Of a stretch of DNA of 64,000 nt, positions 1 through 8,922 are shown piece by piece. Within the stretch, counting starts at the first letter, position 1; each line of letters begins with the position of its first letter. The stretch covers positions 384,001-448,000 of the forward strand of contig CBDCCS010000022.1 in NCBI GenBank assembly GCA_965214935.1, in the 5' to 3' direction. Below the pieces are notes generated by a model, which worked only from the letters and a program-made list of their open reading frames with translations, was not told the origin of the DNA and did not search any database. Source of the stretch: Candidatus Velthaea sp. Lineage in GTDB: Bacteria > Vulcanimicrobiota > Vulcanimicrobiia > Vulcanimicrobiales > Vulcanimicrobiaceae. The translations under genes were made by a program, and so were the position numbers.

Positions 1-2
1 TT

Positions 3-992
3 CCGAGCCCGCAGAAACCGGTCGTCAACGGCGTGCCGCTGCTCGTCATCGCAGGTGATGCGTACACGCCGTACGGCGGTGCAGCCGCCGATACTTATCC
101 GGCAAACAACGAGTCGTATTGGCTGCACGGCGATATGCCGCAGACGCTCGCGCACGAACTTCAACATTACTTACATTTTGTCAATAAGTATCTGCAGCAG
201 CACGTCGACCATCCGAACGATCCGCAAGCCGGCACCCTCGATGATTCGTTTATCGACGAGGGTTGTTCGGTGCTCGCTCAAGATCTCGTCGCCGGAGCGG
301 CCGTCGGCGATCGCGAGAGCCCGCTCTTCGTGCGTGCGTTTCTACTCGCTCCGGGCAACTTTTCGCTAACGTCGTTTGCCGGCTATGCGCCGGATGCGGT
401 AACCGCAACGGCCAACGGCGGTTACGGTTACTACCGCAACACCGCCGGCAACTACGGGTTCGCCTATCTTTTCATCCGGTATCTCTACGACCGCTTCGGA
501 CCGGACGCGCTCAAAGCAATTTACGCCGAAACAAACTTCGGCGGCAGCGTTCGACCGGATACCGGTCCTGCGACAGCCGCCGCGCACGGCGAATCGTTCG
601 TCCCGCTGTTCCGCGAGTTCACAACCGCGATCGCCGTGCACAGCGGCGGAGCGGTGCCGCCGTTTTCGAGCGATCCGGCCTACCGTTTCGATCCAAGTAT
701 TATTTTACGCGGCAGCGTGCAAACGTATTCGCGGCGCTTGCCGCCATACGAGCGGCGGACGATCGTGCAACCCGGGCCGCTAAATCCGGTAGCGACGGGC
801 TCAGCGAGCGACGCGTTCGGCATCGCCACCGGGCAACGGCAAATCGTCGAGCTGCTCGACGGCGGCGCGCTCTTCATCACGCCGGTGCGGCCGTGGTCGC
901 AAGGCGCAACGCTGAGTGCCGGCGGAAACATCGGCGGCGGCGGCAGCTTAGCGCAGGGACCGTTGCCGATGCCGAGTCCCGCATACTTTTAG
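3..992 (+). CDS. Zinc metallopeptidase (gluzincin, M30/hyicolysin-like), 5'-truncated
   Basis: LAHELQH (HExxH) with downstream FIDEG third ligand; frame is open to the window edge. Confidence 0.6.
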   Translation, partial: PSPQKPVVNGVPLLVIAGDAYTPYGGAAADTYPANNESYWLHGDMPQTLAHELQHYLHFVNKYLQQHVDHPNDPQAGTLDDSFIDEGCSVLAQDLVAGAAVGDRESPLFVRAFLLAPGNFSLTSFAGYAPDAVTATANGGYGYYRNTAGNYGFAYLFIRYLYDRFGPDALKAIYAETNFGGSVRPDTGPATAAAHGESFVPLFREFTTAIAVHSGGAVPPFSSDPAYRFDPSIILRGSVQTYSRRLPPYERRTIVQPGPLNPVATGSASDAFGIATGQRQIVELLDGGALFITPVRPWSQGATLSAGGNIGGGGSLAQGPLPMPSPAYF

Positions 993-1017
993 AAAAAGCC
1001 GCGCGAGGTGCGCGGCT
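993..1017 (-). terminator. Rho-independent terminator between convergent genes
   Basis: Stem AGCCGCGC (997-1004)/GCGCGGCT (1010-1017), 5-nt loop; A-run at 993-997 is a U-tail on the minus strand. Confidence 0.65.
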
Positions 1018-1050
1018 GCTTCTATCCGTTGTCCGGCGAACGCCGAAGGT

Positions 1051-2397
1051 TCAGAATTTGACGAAACCTTCGAGCGCGAACGTACTGGTAACGTTCGAGA
1101 ACGTCGCATTATCGGCACGCAAAAACACATTATGGTCCGACGTATCGTGACGGTATTCACCGCGCAACGTCACCGCCGGCGTCAGATTGTAACCGACGGT
1201 TGCCGTGCCTTCACGCCAAAATTGAACGAACCCGGTGCGGTAGCCGTCGCTATCGTGGAAACCTTCGTAGCGCAGGCTCGCCACGACGCGCGGGTTGACT
1301 TGATACGAGGCGTAGCCGGCGAGGCCGCTCCAACCGGCTGTTTCCGAACCGTCGATATCATACAAGCTTGCGTTGTGTTGCAGTCCGCGATCGTAGTTGA
1401 GCGTGAAGGTCGTCGCGCTTGTCGGATGGATCGTACCGACGACATCGAGCAGACTGCGCTGACCTTGCGCACCCGACGGAACGATGTTGACCGGTAGCGG
1501 TTGATTGTTCGCATCGCGCGGCTGCCCTAAGGGATTGAAACCGACGGTGTAATTGCTGAGCTGTTCAAATCCGGTGTAGCCCTGCGCGGTGAGCGTCGCT
1601 GCCGTGCTGGGATTGAATGCGAAACCGTATTCTGCGGTCAGCCGGCCGTTGGTCGATCGGATTTCATCCCAGCCGGCATTGACACCGCCGATAACATTGA
1701 GATGCGGCGTTACGGCATACGTCAACCGGCCGCCGGTATGCGTGAACGGAACGGCAAAACCGAACAGGATCGAGCGCGAGAAGTTCAGGTTGCTCGGGCT
1801 TTCGATCACTTCAGCGCCGGCGAGGGTCTCAAATTTGCCGCCTTCGACCGAGAGCTTTCCAAGTTGATAAGCCAGGTACGCCTGCGTTACATCGAAGCTG
1901 TTAAAGGCGCCCGGATACGACTGAATGACGTCGGCATCCGATCCGGCACTCAGCTCGAGTTTGCCCGTTAAATTACCGGCATTGAGGGCCGCCTGGACGT
2001 TCGCGTTTTGCAACGTGGGCTGACGGTCGATGTAATCGAACACGCGTGACGGAAATGCGGCGCCGACCGGCAATCCGCTGACCGGATCCATGGCGCTAAA
2101 CCGCGTCGTCGTGTCACCGACGCGCGACGTATACGCCGCATCGCCGAAGCCGCTAAATTGAATGAGATGCGGCGGAGCGGACGGCGACGGTGATGGAGAT
2201 GGAGATACGACAGGCACGGCGGGCTTTGCCGAAGCCGACATCGTCGGTGAGGGTGCCGTCATCGGAGACATCATCGGTGACGGCGCGGTCATCGGCGACA
2301 TCATGGGCGATGGACTGGGTGACGATTGCGCTTGGGCCGCTTGCGTCCCGGCAATGGCCATTAGGACAAAGGCTGCAAGTAAAAGTGGTTTGTTCAA
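1051..2397 (-). CDS. Outer-membrane beta-barrel porin (BBP2/DUF1597-like)
   Basis: TTG start after GAAGGA; signal peptide (AQA-Q); QAYL, GKFETLAGAEVIE, NLNFSRSILFGFAVPFTHTG motifs; C-terminal Phe. Confidence 0.75.
   Translation of the reverse strand: MNKPLLLAAFVLMAIAGTQAAQAQSSPSPSPMMSPMTAPSPMMSPMTAPSPTMSASAKPAVPVVSPSPSPSPSAPPHLIQFSGFGDAAYTSRVGDTTTRFSAMDPVSGLPVGAAFPSRVFDYIDRQPTLQNANVQAALNAGNLTGKLELSAGSDADVIQSYPGAFNSFDVTQAYLAYQLGKLSVEGGKFETLAGAEVIESPSNLNFSRSILFGFAVPFTHTGGRLTYAVTPHLNVIGGVNAGWDEIRSTNGRLTAEYGFAFNPSTAATLTAQGYTGFEQLSNYTVGFNPLGQPRDANNQPLPVNIVPSGAQGQRSLLDVVGTIHPTSATTFTLNYDRGLQHNASLYDIDGSETAGWSGLAGYASYQVNPRVVASLRYEGFHDSDGYRTGFVQFWREGTATVGYNLTPAVTLRGEYRHDTSDHNVFLRADNATFSNVTSTFALEGFVKF
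2237..2313 (-). repeat. About 2.5 copies of a 30-bp coding tandem repeat (SPMMSPMTAP)
   Basis: Units begin GACATC at 2237, 2267 and 2297. Confidence 0.8.
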
Positions 2398-2634
2398 ATG
2401 TGTTCCTTCGGATGTTGCGGTCTGCACGGCGCGTCTTTCGTGCATAGCGGCGAAGGGAGCCGGACGGCTCAACGTTCCCGGCGTTCGCGCATTGCACTGC
2501 GATGACGTTCACGGCACAGCCGCTGGAAGCGACGGTAAGTAACGCATTGAGCCGCGCATTCATTCCGTAGACGACTACGGATGGACGTCGCGGTCGAAGT
2601 TGTTTGAAAACTTCTTACGACTGAACCGGTTGCT

Positions 2635-2677
2635 TAAAGTTAATAAGTTTCATAGCGCGGAGCGGTTATTAACTTTA
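2635..2677. promoter_or_regulatory. AT-rich 12-bp perfect inverted repeat, candidate operator
   Basis: TAAAGTTAATAA (2635-2646), N19, TTATTAACTTTA (2666-2677) in a divergent intergenic region. Confidence 0.5.
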
Positions 2678-2791
2678 GCGCTCGATGCAACGTGCGTTAT
2701 TCTACGAAACGCCAAACTTTGAGGTTTCGTTGCCAACCCGAACCGCGGACTGCGGAAGCGTACCGAGCAACGCCGAAGAGGACGCCTCAAC

Positions 2792-3760
2792 ATGAGCCGA
2801 GTCAAGAAGGTGTTGCGTCCGCTGCTGGCAGGAGCCGGCTTGGCCGGCTCGATCGCAGCGCTCAATCGCAGCCTGCGCGACGCTCCATTGCCGACCAATC
2901 ATCTCGGCGGAACGCAGCGCCGCTGGTCGTGGCGCGGCTACGATCTTTTCGCGACCGAGGCCGGCAGCGGTCCACTCATCATTCTCGTTCACGGCATCTA
3001 CGCCGGCGCGTCGGCGTACGAATATCGCAAACTTTTTCCGCTGCTGGCCGCATCGCACCGGGTCGTCGCTTTCGATTTGCTCGGCTGCGGCTTGTCGGAT
3101 CGGCCGAACATCGCGTACTCGGGCGAAGTTTTCGTCGAGCTGATCGTCGATGCTCTCAATGAGTTCGGGTCGGAACCAACCGTTCTGGTCGGGTCATCGA
3201 TGGGCGGCGCGTTTGCGATTCGCGCGGCTGCACGCGCGCCCGATCGGGTCAACCGGCTTGTGACGATTAGTCCGACGGGGCTCGGTGGCGTACTGGATCG
3301 CGAGCCGAGTGCAGGTCAGCGTTTTGCAACCACGCTGCTGCGCTCCCCGGTCGCCGGTGAAACGCTATTTAATGCGCTTTCTTCGCGGCCGTCGCTGCGC
3401 TGGTTTCTCGAACATCAAAGCTATGCCGATAAGGCCTCGGTAACGCCTGAAATTATCGACGACTACTATGCCATAACGCATCAGCAAGGTGCACGCTACG
3501 TTCCCGCAGCGTTCGTCGGCGGCGGACTCAACATCAATGTGGCGCGCGACTTGCCGTTCATCGACGCACCGATTCTCGTCGCTTGGGGCGAACGTGCGCC
3601 GAGCGTAAGCAAACTCGCGTGCTCGGCCGAATTCATGACCCTCGCACAACGCGGAACCTTAGTGACATTTGCAAACTCCGGACTTTTGCCGCAGGAAGAA
3701 GAGCCGCAAGCCTTAGCCGACGCGATTCATGCGTTCCTATCCGCAAACGGCGGCGCATAG
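2792..3760 (+). CDS. Alpha/beta fold hydrolase
   Basis: LVHG, FDLLGCGLS, GSSMGG nucleophile elbow; the usual catalytic His position reads GLLPQEE. Confidence 0.8.
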   Translation: MSRVKKVLRPLLAGAGLAGSIAALNRSLRDAPLPTNHLGGTQRRWSWRGYDLFATEAGSGPLIILVHGIYAGASAYEYRKLFPLLAASHRVVAFDLLGCGLSDRPNIAYSGEVFVELIVDALNEFGSEPTVLVGSSMGGAFAIRAAARAPDRVNRLVTISPTGLGGVLDREPSAGQRFATTLLRSPVAGETLFNALSSRPSLRWFLEHQSYADKASVTPEIIDDYYAITHQQGARYVPAAFVGGGLNINVARDLPFIDAPILVAWGERAPSVSKLACSAEFMTLAQRGTLVTFANSGLLPQEEEPQALADAIHAFLSANGGA

Positions 3761-3801
3761 AAGCGGCATCTTCCACCTCGGTCCGGGTACCGAGACCGGA
3801 C

Positions 3802-4338
3802 ATGATACGGCGGATGCTAACGGCACAGTGCAAGCTGCATGAAGCCGGTTTCATGATGATCGAGGCGGTGATTGCCACCGCGCTCGTTGCCGTCTGCGCC
3901 GGAGCGGTGCTGTCGGCAGTGCTGAGTATACAGCACCGGACGCTCTTTGCCCAACCATCGGCGGCACTCACGCTAACCGCTCAAAACGTGCTGACGGACC
4001 TGCGCGCAGCGACGGCCTACGACGGCGCCGAACTCAACGGGCTCGGCGGACGGAACGCTGACTTCGACGGCAGCCAGCCTAGTCCAAACGGGTCGCCCGA
4101 ACCCATTCACATTCGCCTAAGCGTCTCAATGCCGGCAGCGAACGGCGCACTCGTCGCCGCGGTCCGGGTCAGCGACGCGCAAGGACGCAGCGCAGCGGTG
4201 CAAACCACTTTGACGCGCGAGGTGCCGGCGCCGGGTTCGAACGTCGCCGCCGAAGCGCCGAGCCCCGCCTTGTCGCCGGCCGAGCCGCCCGCCGCAACGC
4301 AATCGCCGCCGCACGCGCGCGGCCCGATCGCGCTGTGA
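3802..4338 (+). CDS. Minor pilin/pseudopilin (PilV-like)
   Basis: Prepilin motif AG^FMMIE followed by a hydrophobic helix; start at ATG 3802 or 3814. Confidence 0.7.
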   Translation: MIRRMLTAQCKLHEAGFMMIEAVIATALVAVCAGAVLSAVLSIQHRTLFAQPSAALTLTAQNVLTDLRAATAYDGAELNGLGGRNADFDGSQPSPNGSPEPIHIRLSVSMPAANGALVAAVRVSDAQGRSAAVQTTLTREVPAPGSNVAAEAPSPALSPAEPPAATQSPPHARGPIAL

Positions 4339-5570
4339 TGCTACGCGTCGCCGGACGTCCGTCGAGCGCCCCCAGCGCAGAGCACGGTTTTAGCATTATC
4401 GAAGTACTGATCGCGGGTGCGATTATCGCGGTCATGGGTCTCATCGGACTGACGACTTGTAAAGCCGTTGCCGGTATCACCCAAACGATCTATACGGCCG
4501 GTCACGACGCCGCAGCCGTCGATGCGCAAATAACGCAGCTGCGCAACGATGCCGCCTCGGCCTTTGCCGTGTTCGTACCCGCCGCCGATATGCAAGGCGC
4601 ACCCAACGGCGGTCCGAGCGGCGCGCACGAGATCGATTACTATGCCAAAGGCGATGCCGGCCAAGATCTGCTGTGGCGTTATTTTTTCGACGCTGCGCAG
4701 CACACGCTCGCGCGCTTCGACTATGATTCGGCCGGCACGAGCGGCGTTCGCGACCCGGCAACCGGACGCATTGATCCTGCGGCGCAGTATCCGCCGCTGC
4801 ACGGCATCACGGCGTTTAGCGCTCGAGCCGTCCCCGCAAACGAGCTTCTCGCTTCGGACGAAGATCGCTACGCCGGTCTTGCCGCCTTGCTGTCGCGCAC
4901 GCCGCAGGCCTATGCCGTTCGTTACGACCGGCCGGATTTCGACATCCCTGCAGCCGGCGGCAACGGAGTCGTTATCGTAACGCTTGCCAACGCAGCGGCG
5001 GCGCGCATGGTCCATCTCGCGGTCGGCGCATTGCCCAGCGGTTTTACGATCACCGCGTTTCCGGTTTGGCACGCCGTCGTTTACCGCGTCGATCAAACGC
5101 ATCGTTACAACGGCGGCTTCTTCGGCAAAAGCAGCGTGTTCATCAACGCGCGCATCGACGTCTCGTACGACAATTGGAAGACGCGCGTTCCGTGGTGCGA
5201 ATTCAATGTGTTGGGCAATCCGCACGGTCTGGACGGGAAGACCGATCCGCATCGCGACTATACTCCGGACGAGCCGGTCGAACAAGCCGCGACCTTACTG
5301 CAACACTGCCGTGCGGTGAATCCGACGCCGCCGCCGCCCGGCCCGGGTAACCCGCCCGATGCGAGCGTCACAAGCCAATTACAACCAGTTTCCACGCCGC
5401 TACCGTGCTGGGTCAATCCCGGGCCGGCCGGCCGCTGCTGGCCGGCCGACGCTCCGCCCGATTGGACTCCGCCGTCGCCGCTGCCGCTCGATACGCCGCC
5501 GCCGCAATGGTGCAGCACGCATGCGCGATCGCTCGCGTGTCCGGCTGCGGCCGAACTCAAGCAGCAATAG
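4335..5570 (+). CDS. Minor pilin (PilW-like) with Pro/Cys/Trp-rich C-terminus
   Basis: HG^FSIIEVLIA motif; GTGA overlap with the upstream gene. Confidence 0.7.
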   Translation: MMLRVAGRPSSAPSAEHGFSIIEVLIAGAIIAVMGLIGLTTCKAVAGITQTIYTAGHDAAAVDAQITQLRNDAASAFAVFVPAADMQGAPNGGPSGAHEIDYYAKGDAGQDLLWRYFFDAAQHTLARFDYDSAGTSGVRDPATGRIDPAAQYPPLHGITAFSARAVPANELLASDEDRYAGLAALLSRTPQAYAVRYDRPDFDIPAAGGNGVVIVTLANAAAARMVHLAVGALPSGFTITAFPVWHAVVYRVDQTHRYNGGFFGKSSVFINARIDVSYDNWKTRVPWCEFNVLGNPHGLDGKTDPHRDYTPDEPVEQAATLLQHCRAVNPTPPPPGPGNPPDASVTSQLQPVSTPLPCWVNPGPAGRCWPADAPPDWTPPSPLPLDTPPPQWCSTHARSLACPAAAELKQQ

Positions 5571-6432
5571 CGCCGTGCTCGTTCCGCTCATTTTCGTCAT
5601 GACGCTATTGCTGACACTCGCGACCGCGCTGTTCGAGAGCAGCTTTGCAACGGCGCGCATTGCGCGCGATAGAACGGCGGCACGCTACGCAGACGTTGCC
5701 GTCACCGACGCCGTCGCCGATTTCACCGCAGGTTTGGCAGCCTACGTCAAAGTGCATGGTTCGAGCGGCCCATGGCCCGCGCAGCCGAGCGATTCGTATC
5801 CGAAAGCGCTTTGCGGCGGGGAGTCGATTTCAGCGGCGTGTCCCTACTCCTATGTCATTCACGCTGCGATCACCGATGCCGCAAACGTGCCCGCACCGGG
5901 AATGGCCGGCGAGGCGGCGGTGAACGTGCAGACGACGATCGGCGAAAGCCGGCTTTCGGCGAGCGTTTCCGCGACGCTGAGCGGGCCGCAGGGTACCGTC
6001 GTCGCGACGCGCACGCGGCTTTTGACGTATCGGGTCTTGAGCGTCATGCCGTACGCGTTTGTTTCCGGCTCGCGCGACACCACGACGGCCGGCGGCACGC
6101 GAACGACGGCACAGGGTGATACCGGCGGCCTCAGCGCACCGAGCGATTCGAGCGCGACCGATTCGACCGGCGGTCAGCCGTCCATCGATCGGGCGGCAGC
6201 GCTGCATGACACTCGCATCCACGTGCAGCTAACCTGTCGGACCGCAATCGTGGATGCCGATCCAAAGAAACATAACGACCAGCAGCCGATCGGAAACGAC
6301 GATCTGCCGTGGGGCAATGCAGCGGGTGCCGCCCACGAAGCGCCGTGCCTGCAACCGGCAGCGCCGGCCGACGCGTTTAGCGATACCGGCTGGACGAACG
6401 GCAACACAAATGCATCCGGCTGGACGCCCTAA
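5521..6432 (+). CDS. PilX/GspK-like minor pilin
   Basis: N-terminal SAVLVPLIFVMTLLL helix lacking Glu5, located between pilins; start uncertain. Confidence 0.55.
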   Translation: MRDRSRVRLRPNSSSNSAVLVPLIFVMTLLLTLATALFESSFATARIARDRTAARYADVAVTDAVADFTAGLAAYVKVHGSSGPWPAQPSDSYPKALCGGESISAACPYSYVIHAAITDAANVPAPGMAGEAAVNVQTTIGESRLSASVSATLSGPQGTVVATRTRLLTYRVLSVMPYAFVSGSRDTTTAGGTRTTAQGDTGGLSAPSDSSATDSTGGQPSIDRAAALHDTRIHVQLTCRTAIVDADPKKHNDQQPIGNDDLPWGNAAGAAHEAPCLQPAAPADAFSDTGWTNGNTNASGWTP

Positions 6433-6435
6433 GGC

Positions 6436-7062
6436 ATGGCGGCGGCCGGAAGCGGCAGGCGCGGGGAACGCGGTTTTACGCTCGTCGAGATGGTCGTTAC
6501 GGTGGGCTTGCTACTCGTTATCGGCGGGTCCGCCTATGCATCGCTCGCTCAACGGCCCGCCCAAGCCCATGCGACCGCCGTCGGCTTACGAGCCTTCGTC
6601 GAAGAGGCACGATCGCTGGCCGCGGTGACCGGTGCTGCGGCGACCGGCGGCAATAGCGGCGCAACCATCGGTTTTACACGCGACGGCGATACGTACGTCG
6701 CAACTCTTTACGCCTATCGCCCTATCGCCGGTACAACGGCCCCGGTTGCCCAGCCGAACACACCGCCGTTTCGCACGCGGACGGCAATCGCACTGAACCT
6801 TGCCGGGCGCGACATTGAGCCGCCCTTCGCCATATTTTTCTCGGTATCGGGGCACGCCGGCGCGCAAGCCGGCTTTAGCGTCGATCGCTCGCCGCCGCCG
6901 GCGGTTGAACCGGCGTGTTCGTTGTCGACCGGCATCGTTCTATCGTTCGACGATACGCATCAAACGCAGTTGCATGCAATTAGCTGCGAAATGGCACGAC
7001 TCGATGTCGACGACGCCGCCGATTCGACGTTGCCTGCAACATCGCCGCGGCGGACGTTCTGA
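6436..7062 (+). CDS. Minor pilin (FimT/GspH-like)
   Basis: RG^FTLVEMVV motif. Confidence 0.75.
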   Translation: MAAAGSGRRGERGFTLVEMVVTVGLLLVIGGSAYASLAQRPAQAHATAVGLRAFVEEARSLAAVTGAAATGGNSGATIGFTRDGDTYVATLYAYRPIAGTTAPVAQPNTPPFRTRTAIALNLAGRDIEPPFAIFFSVSGHAGAQAGFSVDRSPPPAVEPACSLSTGIVLSFDDTHQTQLHAISCEMARLDVDDAADSTLPATSPRRTF

Positions 7063-7147
7063 CGCCGATCGCGATAATATCACCGGCAATCCGGTCCGTT
7101 GCGCGAATCGTTGCGTTGGCATCCGCTACTCTCTACTCGGAGCGCCC

Positions 7148-8230
7148 ATCATCAATTCACTCATCGGCCGCCGGAGCTTTCTTAGCGCAACCGCGGCGCT
7201 GGCGACGACCATGCCGGTCCTCGGACGGGCGGCAATCGCCGCACCGTTAGCGGCATTACCGGCGCAAGACGAACGTGCCGACGCCGACATGCAAGAAGTT
7301 CTGCAGCAATTACAAGCGTTTCACACGCCGCCGCTTACCAAGGTTCCGCCGCGCATCGCGCGCGAACTCCCGTCGTTCGCCGATGCGCTGCAAGCCACGC
7401 TGTCGGCGCAAGGCAAAGCGTGCGTCGAGCCGGTCAGCAAGATCACGCACAAGGTGATCGCCGGTCCGGGCGGACCGATTCTTCTTCGCATCTACACGCC
7501 GCAGGGTGATGCGCCGTTCCCGGTTGCGATGTATTATCACGGCGGCGGTTTCGTTATTGCAAATCTCGATACGTACGATGCTGTACCGCGTCAGCTCGCA
7601 AACGGTGCCGATGCAATCGTGGTCTCCGTTGCGTATCGCCAAGCGCCCGAGCATCCGTTTCCGGCCGCGCCCGAAGATGCTTATGCGGCATATCGCTGGG
7701 TGTTGACGAACGCTGCGTCGATCGGCGGCGATCCTAAACGGGTGGCGGTGAGCGGAGAAAGCGCGGGCGGAAACCTTGCGACCGTCGTCGCCATCCAAGC
7801 CGTCCGTCACAACATTGCCGTCCCCGTTCACCAGCTGTTGGTTTATCCGGTGACGAATTTCGTGAAAGGGCCGCCGCCGCCGTCGTACCGCGAGAACCCG
7901 GTTACCATTCCGCTGTCGACACCGGCGTTAATGTGGTTCGGTAAATATTATTTAAGCGATGCGAGCCAGGCCGCAAGTCCGCTGGCGTCGCCGCTGCATG
8001 CCAAGCTAAGCGGACTTCCGCCGACAACGATCATCAACGCGGATCTCGACCCGCTTCGCGACGACGGTGCAACGTACGCCACTGCATTACAAGCCGCCGG
8101 CGTTACCGTCAAGCGGACGCTTTATTCCGGCGTCACGCACGAGTTTTTCGGCATGGGCGGCGCGGTGGCGAAGGCCAAAGCGGCGATGACCGAAGCAACA
8201 ACTGCGCTCAAGGCAAGTTTCAGCCGGTAA
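7148..8230 (+). CDS. Family IV (HSL) esterase/lipase, probably Tat-exported
   Basis: HGGGF, GESAGG, DPLRDDG and HEF motifs; GRRSFL twin-arginine motif; start uncertain (ATC 7148/7151 or ATG 7211). Confidence 0.8.
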   Translation: MINSLIGRRSFLSATAALATTMPVLGRAAIAAPLAALPAQDERADADMQEVLQQLQAFHTPPLTKVPPRIARELPSFADALQATLSAQGKACVEPVSKITHKVIAGPGGPILLRIYTPQGDAPFPVAMYYHGGGFVIANLDTYDAVPRQLANGADAIVVSVAYRQAPEHPFPAAPEDAYAAYRWVLTNAASIGGDPKRVAVSGESAGGNLATVVAIQAVRHNIAVPVHQLLVYPVTNFVKGPPPPSYRENPVTIPLSTPALMWFGKYYLSDASQAASPLASPLHAKLSGLPPTTIINADLDPLRDDGATYATALQAAGVTVKRTLYSGVTHEFFGMGGAVAKAKAAMTEATTALKASFSR

Positions 8231-8272
8231 CACGAATCGAAGCGGCGACACGCGCCGACAGCTTGCCGGCAG

Positions 8273-8301
8273 TTGACTTTAAAAGATATATCGCGTAATA
8301 T
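8273..8301 (+). promoter_or_regulatory. Sigma-70 promoter of the PadR gene (probably leaderless)
   Basis: TTGACT (8273-8278), N17, TAATAT (8296-8301); ATG at 8308; GATATATC palindrome in the spacer. Confidence 0.7.
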
Positions 8302-8307
8302 CGCTTT

Positions 8308-8862
8308 ATGAGATACATCAATCATTTTCTATTGGCCGGCGTGCGGCATAAATTCGGCCGGCGTCACGAGCACGAGCCGGGTGCTCATCTTCACGGCGGC
8401 GGGCGCTTCGGCGGTCGTTGGGGCGCGCGCACACGACGCGGCGAAGGCAAGTTCCTGGTTCTCGAAGCGCTCAGCGCGGCGCCCCAGCATGGCTACGAGA
8501 TCATGAGCGCGATCGAGCAAAAGCGCGGTTTTCGTCCCAGTCCCGGATCGATCTATCCGACGCTGCAGATGCTCGATGACGGCGGTTTCGTCACCAGCGT
8601 TGAGCTCGACGGAAAGCGGGTTTACACGATCTCGGAATCCGGACGTGAACTGCTCGCGGGCCACAGCGCCGGGCGTCCGGCCGGCCCGGACGCCGACGAT
8701 GACGATGATGCGCGCGGCCGCGCCAGACAATCGGCGATGAAATTGATGGCGGCAATGATGAGCGCTCGAGCAAGCGATGATGCAACGTTGGATAAGATCT
8801 GCGTTATCATCGATCGCGCGCGACGCGAAATCCATTCGATTCTGGCGACCGACGAAACGTAG
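8308..8862 (+). CDS. PadR family transcriptional regulator
   Basis: HGYEIM...PSPGSIYPTLQML...KRVYTI winged helix. Confidence 0.9.
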   Translation: MRYINHFLLAGVRHKFGRRHEHEPGAHLHGGGRFGGRWGARTRRGEGKFLVLEALSAAPQHGYEIMSAIEQKRGFRPSPGSIYPTLQMLDDGGFVTSVELDGKRVYTISESGRELLAGHSAGRPAGPDADDDDDARGRARQSAMKLMAAMMSARASDDATLDKICVIIDRARREIHSILATDET

Positions 8863-8922
8863 AGCACGTCGCGCGCTGCGGTTTGCGGAGGGAACTTCAA
8901 ACGGACGGCGTGAGCGATACGT

